64,000 nucleotides of DNA from NCBI GenBank assembly GCA_964252035.1, contig OZ176200.1. One strand, 5' to 3'. This DNA comes from Podarcis erhardii. Lineage: Eukaryota. Both the position numbers and the translations under genes were made by a program. The notes beneath the pieces were generated by a model. The model had not been told where the DNA came from, searched no databases, and saw only the letters and a list, made by a program, of their open reading frames with translations. This document shows, piece after piece, positions 63,346 through 64,000 of the stretch (position 1 is the stretch's first letter; each line of letters opens with the position of its first letter).

Positions 63346-64000
63346 ATAAAAGCCCAGACCTCCATTATAATACTTTCCTGATTTGTTCAGAAATAAGCAA
63401 GATGTATGTGTGTGACTGTCTGTATAATGTATCATTGTGCTACTGAGGATATGAAGTTCCTCCTATCCAGCTGTATTTGGTTACTTGGCTCATTCACCTC
63501 CACATCAGCCTGTCAATGCACAAAAGTTACCATCAGAAGCTTTCTTCTAGGTGTGCTCACAGACCTGGGGTGTGGCAGGGGGTGACCAAGAAGGGAGCTT
63601 GTTCAGTGGTCACAGCCCATCTAAGGAACAGCCAGAGTGGTTTAGCTGTGCCCATGCTACTATGTTTCTTTGGGAACAGATGAGGGCCACTTTGTTGTCT
63701 ATTGCCTTTTAACGAACTTTAAAGTCTGAATTGACTGTTTTTAATTGTGCTTTTATCTGCTGTCTTTCATGATGTTGTTATTCTACAGTGCCTTAAAATG
63801 TTGATTGTTGTATGTGGATTTTACATAAGTCACCCTGGAAAATTTAATTTGACAAATAGAATATACATTTATTAATTAAAAAGTGTCATAGCCACACAAT
63901 ATTTTAGGTATTTATTTCTTTAGTTATTTATAGTATACACAGGTGTACATTAGAGTGTAAACTCTGGTGTACATGCATAATAGTGTAATACGTGAAATGA

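Noticed and set aside
62975-64000. Searched for the next upstream mucin exon (should end in a Cys codon split TG|C)
   Set aside because: No Cys-rich exon with a matching donor was found; it presumably lies beyond the window.

Overview
Vertebrate genomic DNA from a squamate reptile (inferred from the repeat content, which looks lacertid-like). It contains two convergent genes. On the + strand are TOLLIP coding exons 2-6 (1580-16465); exon 1 lies outside the window, and the 3' UTR probably runs to about 19.5 kb. On the - strand are the 3' 29 exons (62974-25096, about 4,790 codons, frame continuous across every junction) of a gel-forming mucin best called MUC5B: D3 assembly, a single 10,440-nt central exon, D4, vWC and cystine knot. 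The central exon carries 12 CysD domains, ten of them in near-identical 885- or 1032-nt tandem units. Introns and the intergenic gap hold an internally deleted CR1 LINE, hAT and Tc1/mariner MITEs with clean target-site duplications, SINE/L2 remnants and microsatellites. The most notable non-genic signal is three short Penelope-like retroelement inserts (about 1.9, 21.0 and 29.1 kb) carrying minimal hammerhead-ribozyme motifs with palindromic stems II and III, the architecture reported to cleave as dimers. No such motif is intact on the sense strand of either host pre-mRNA. All coordinates were read by hand; family names rest on motif recognition, not database searches.
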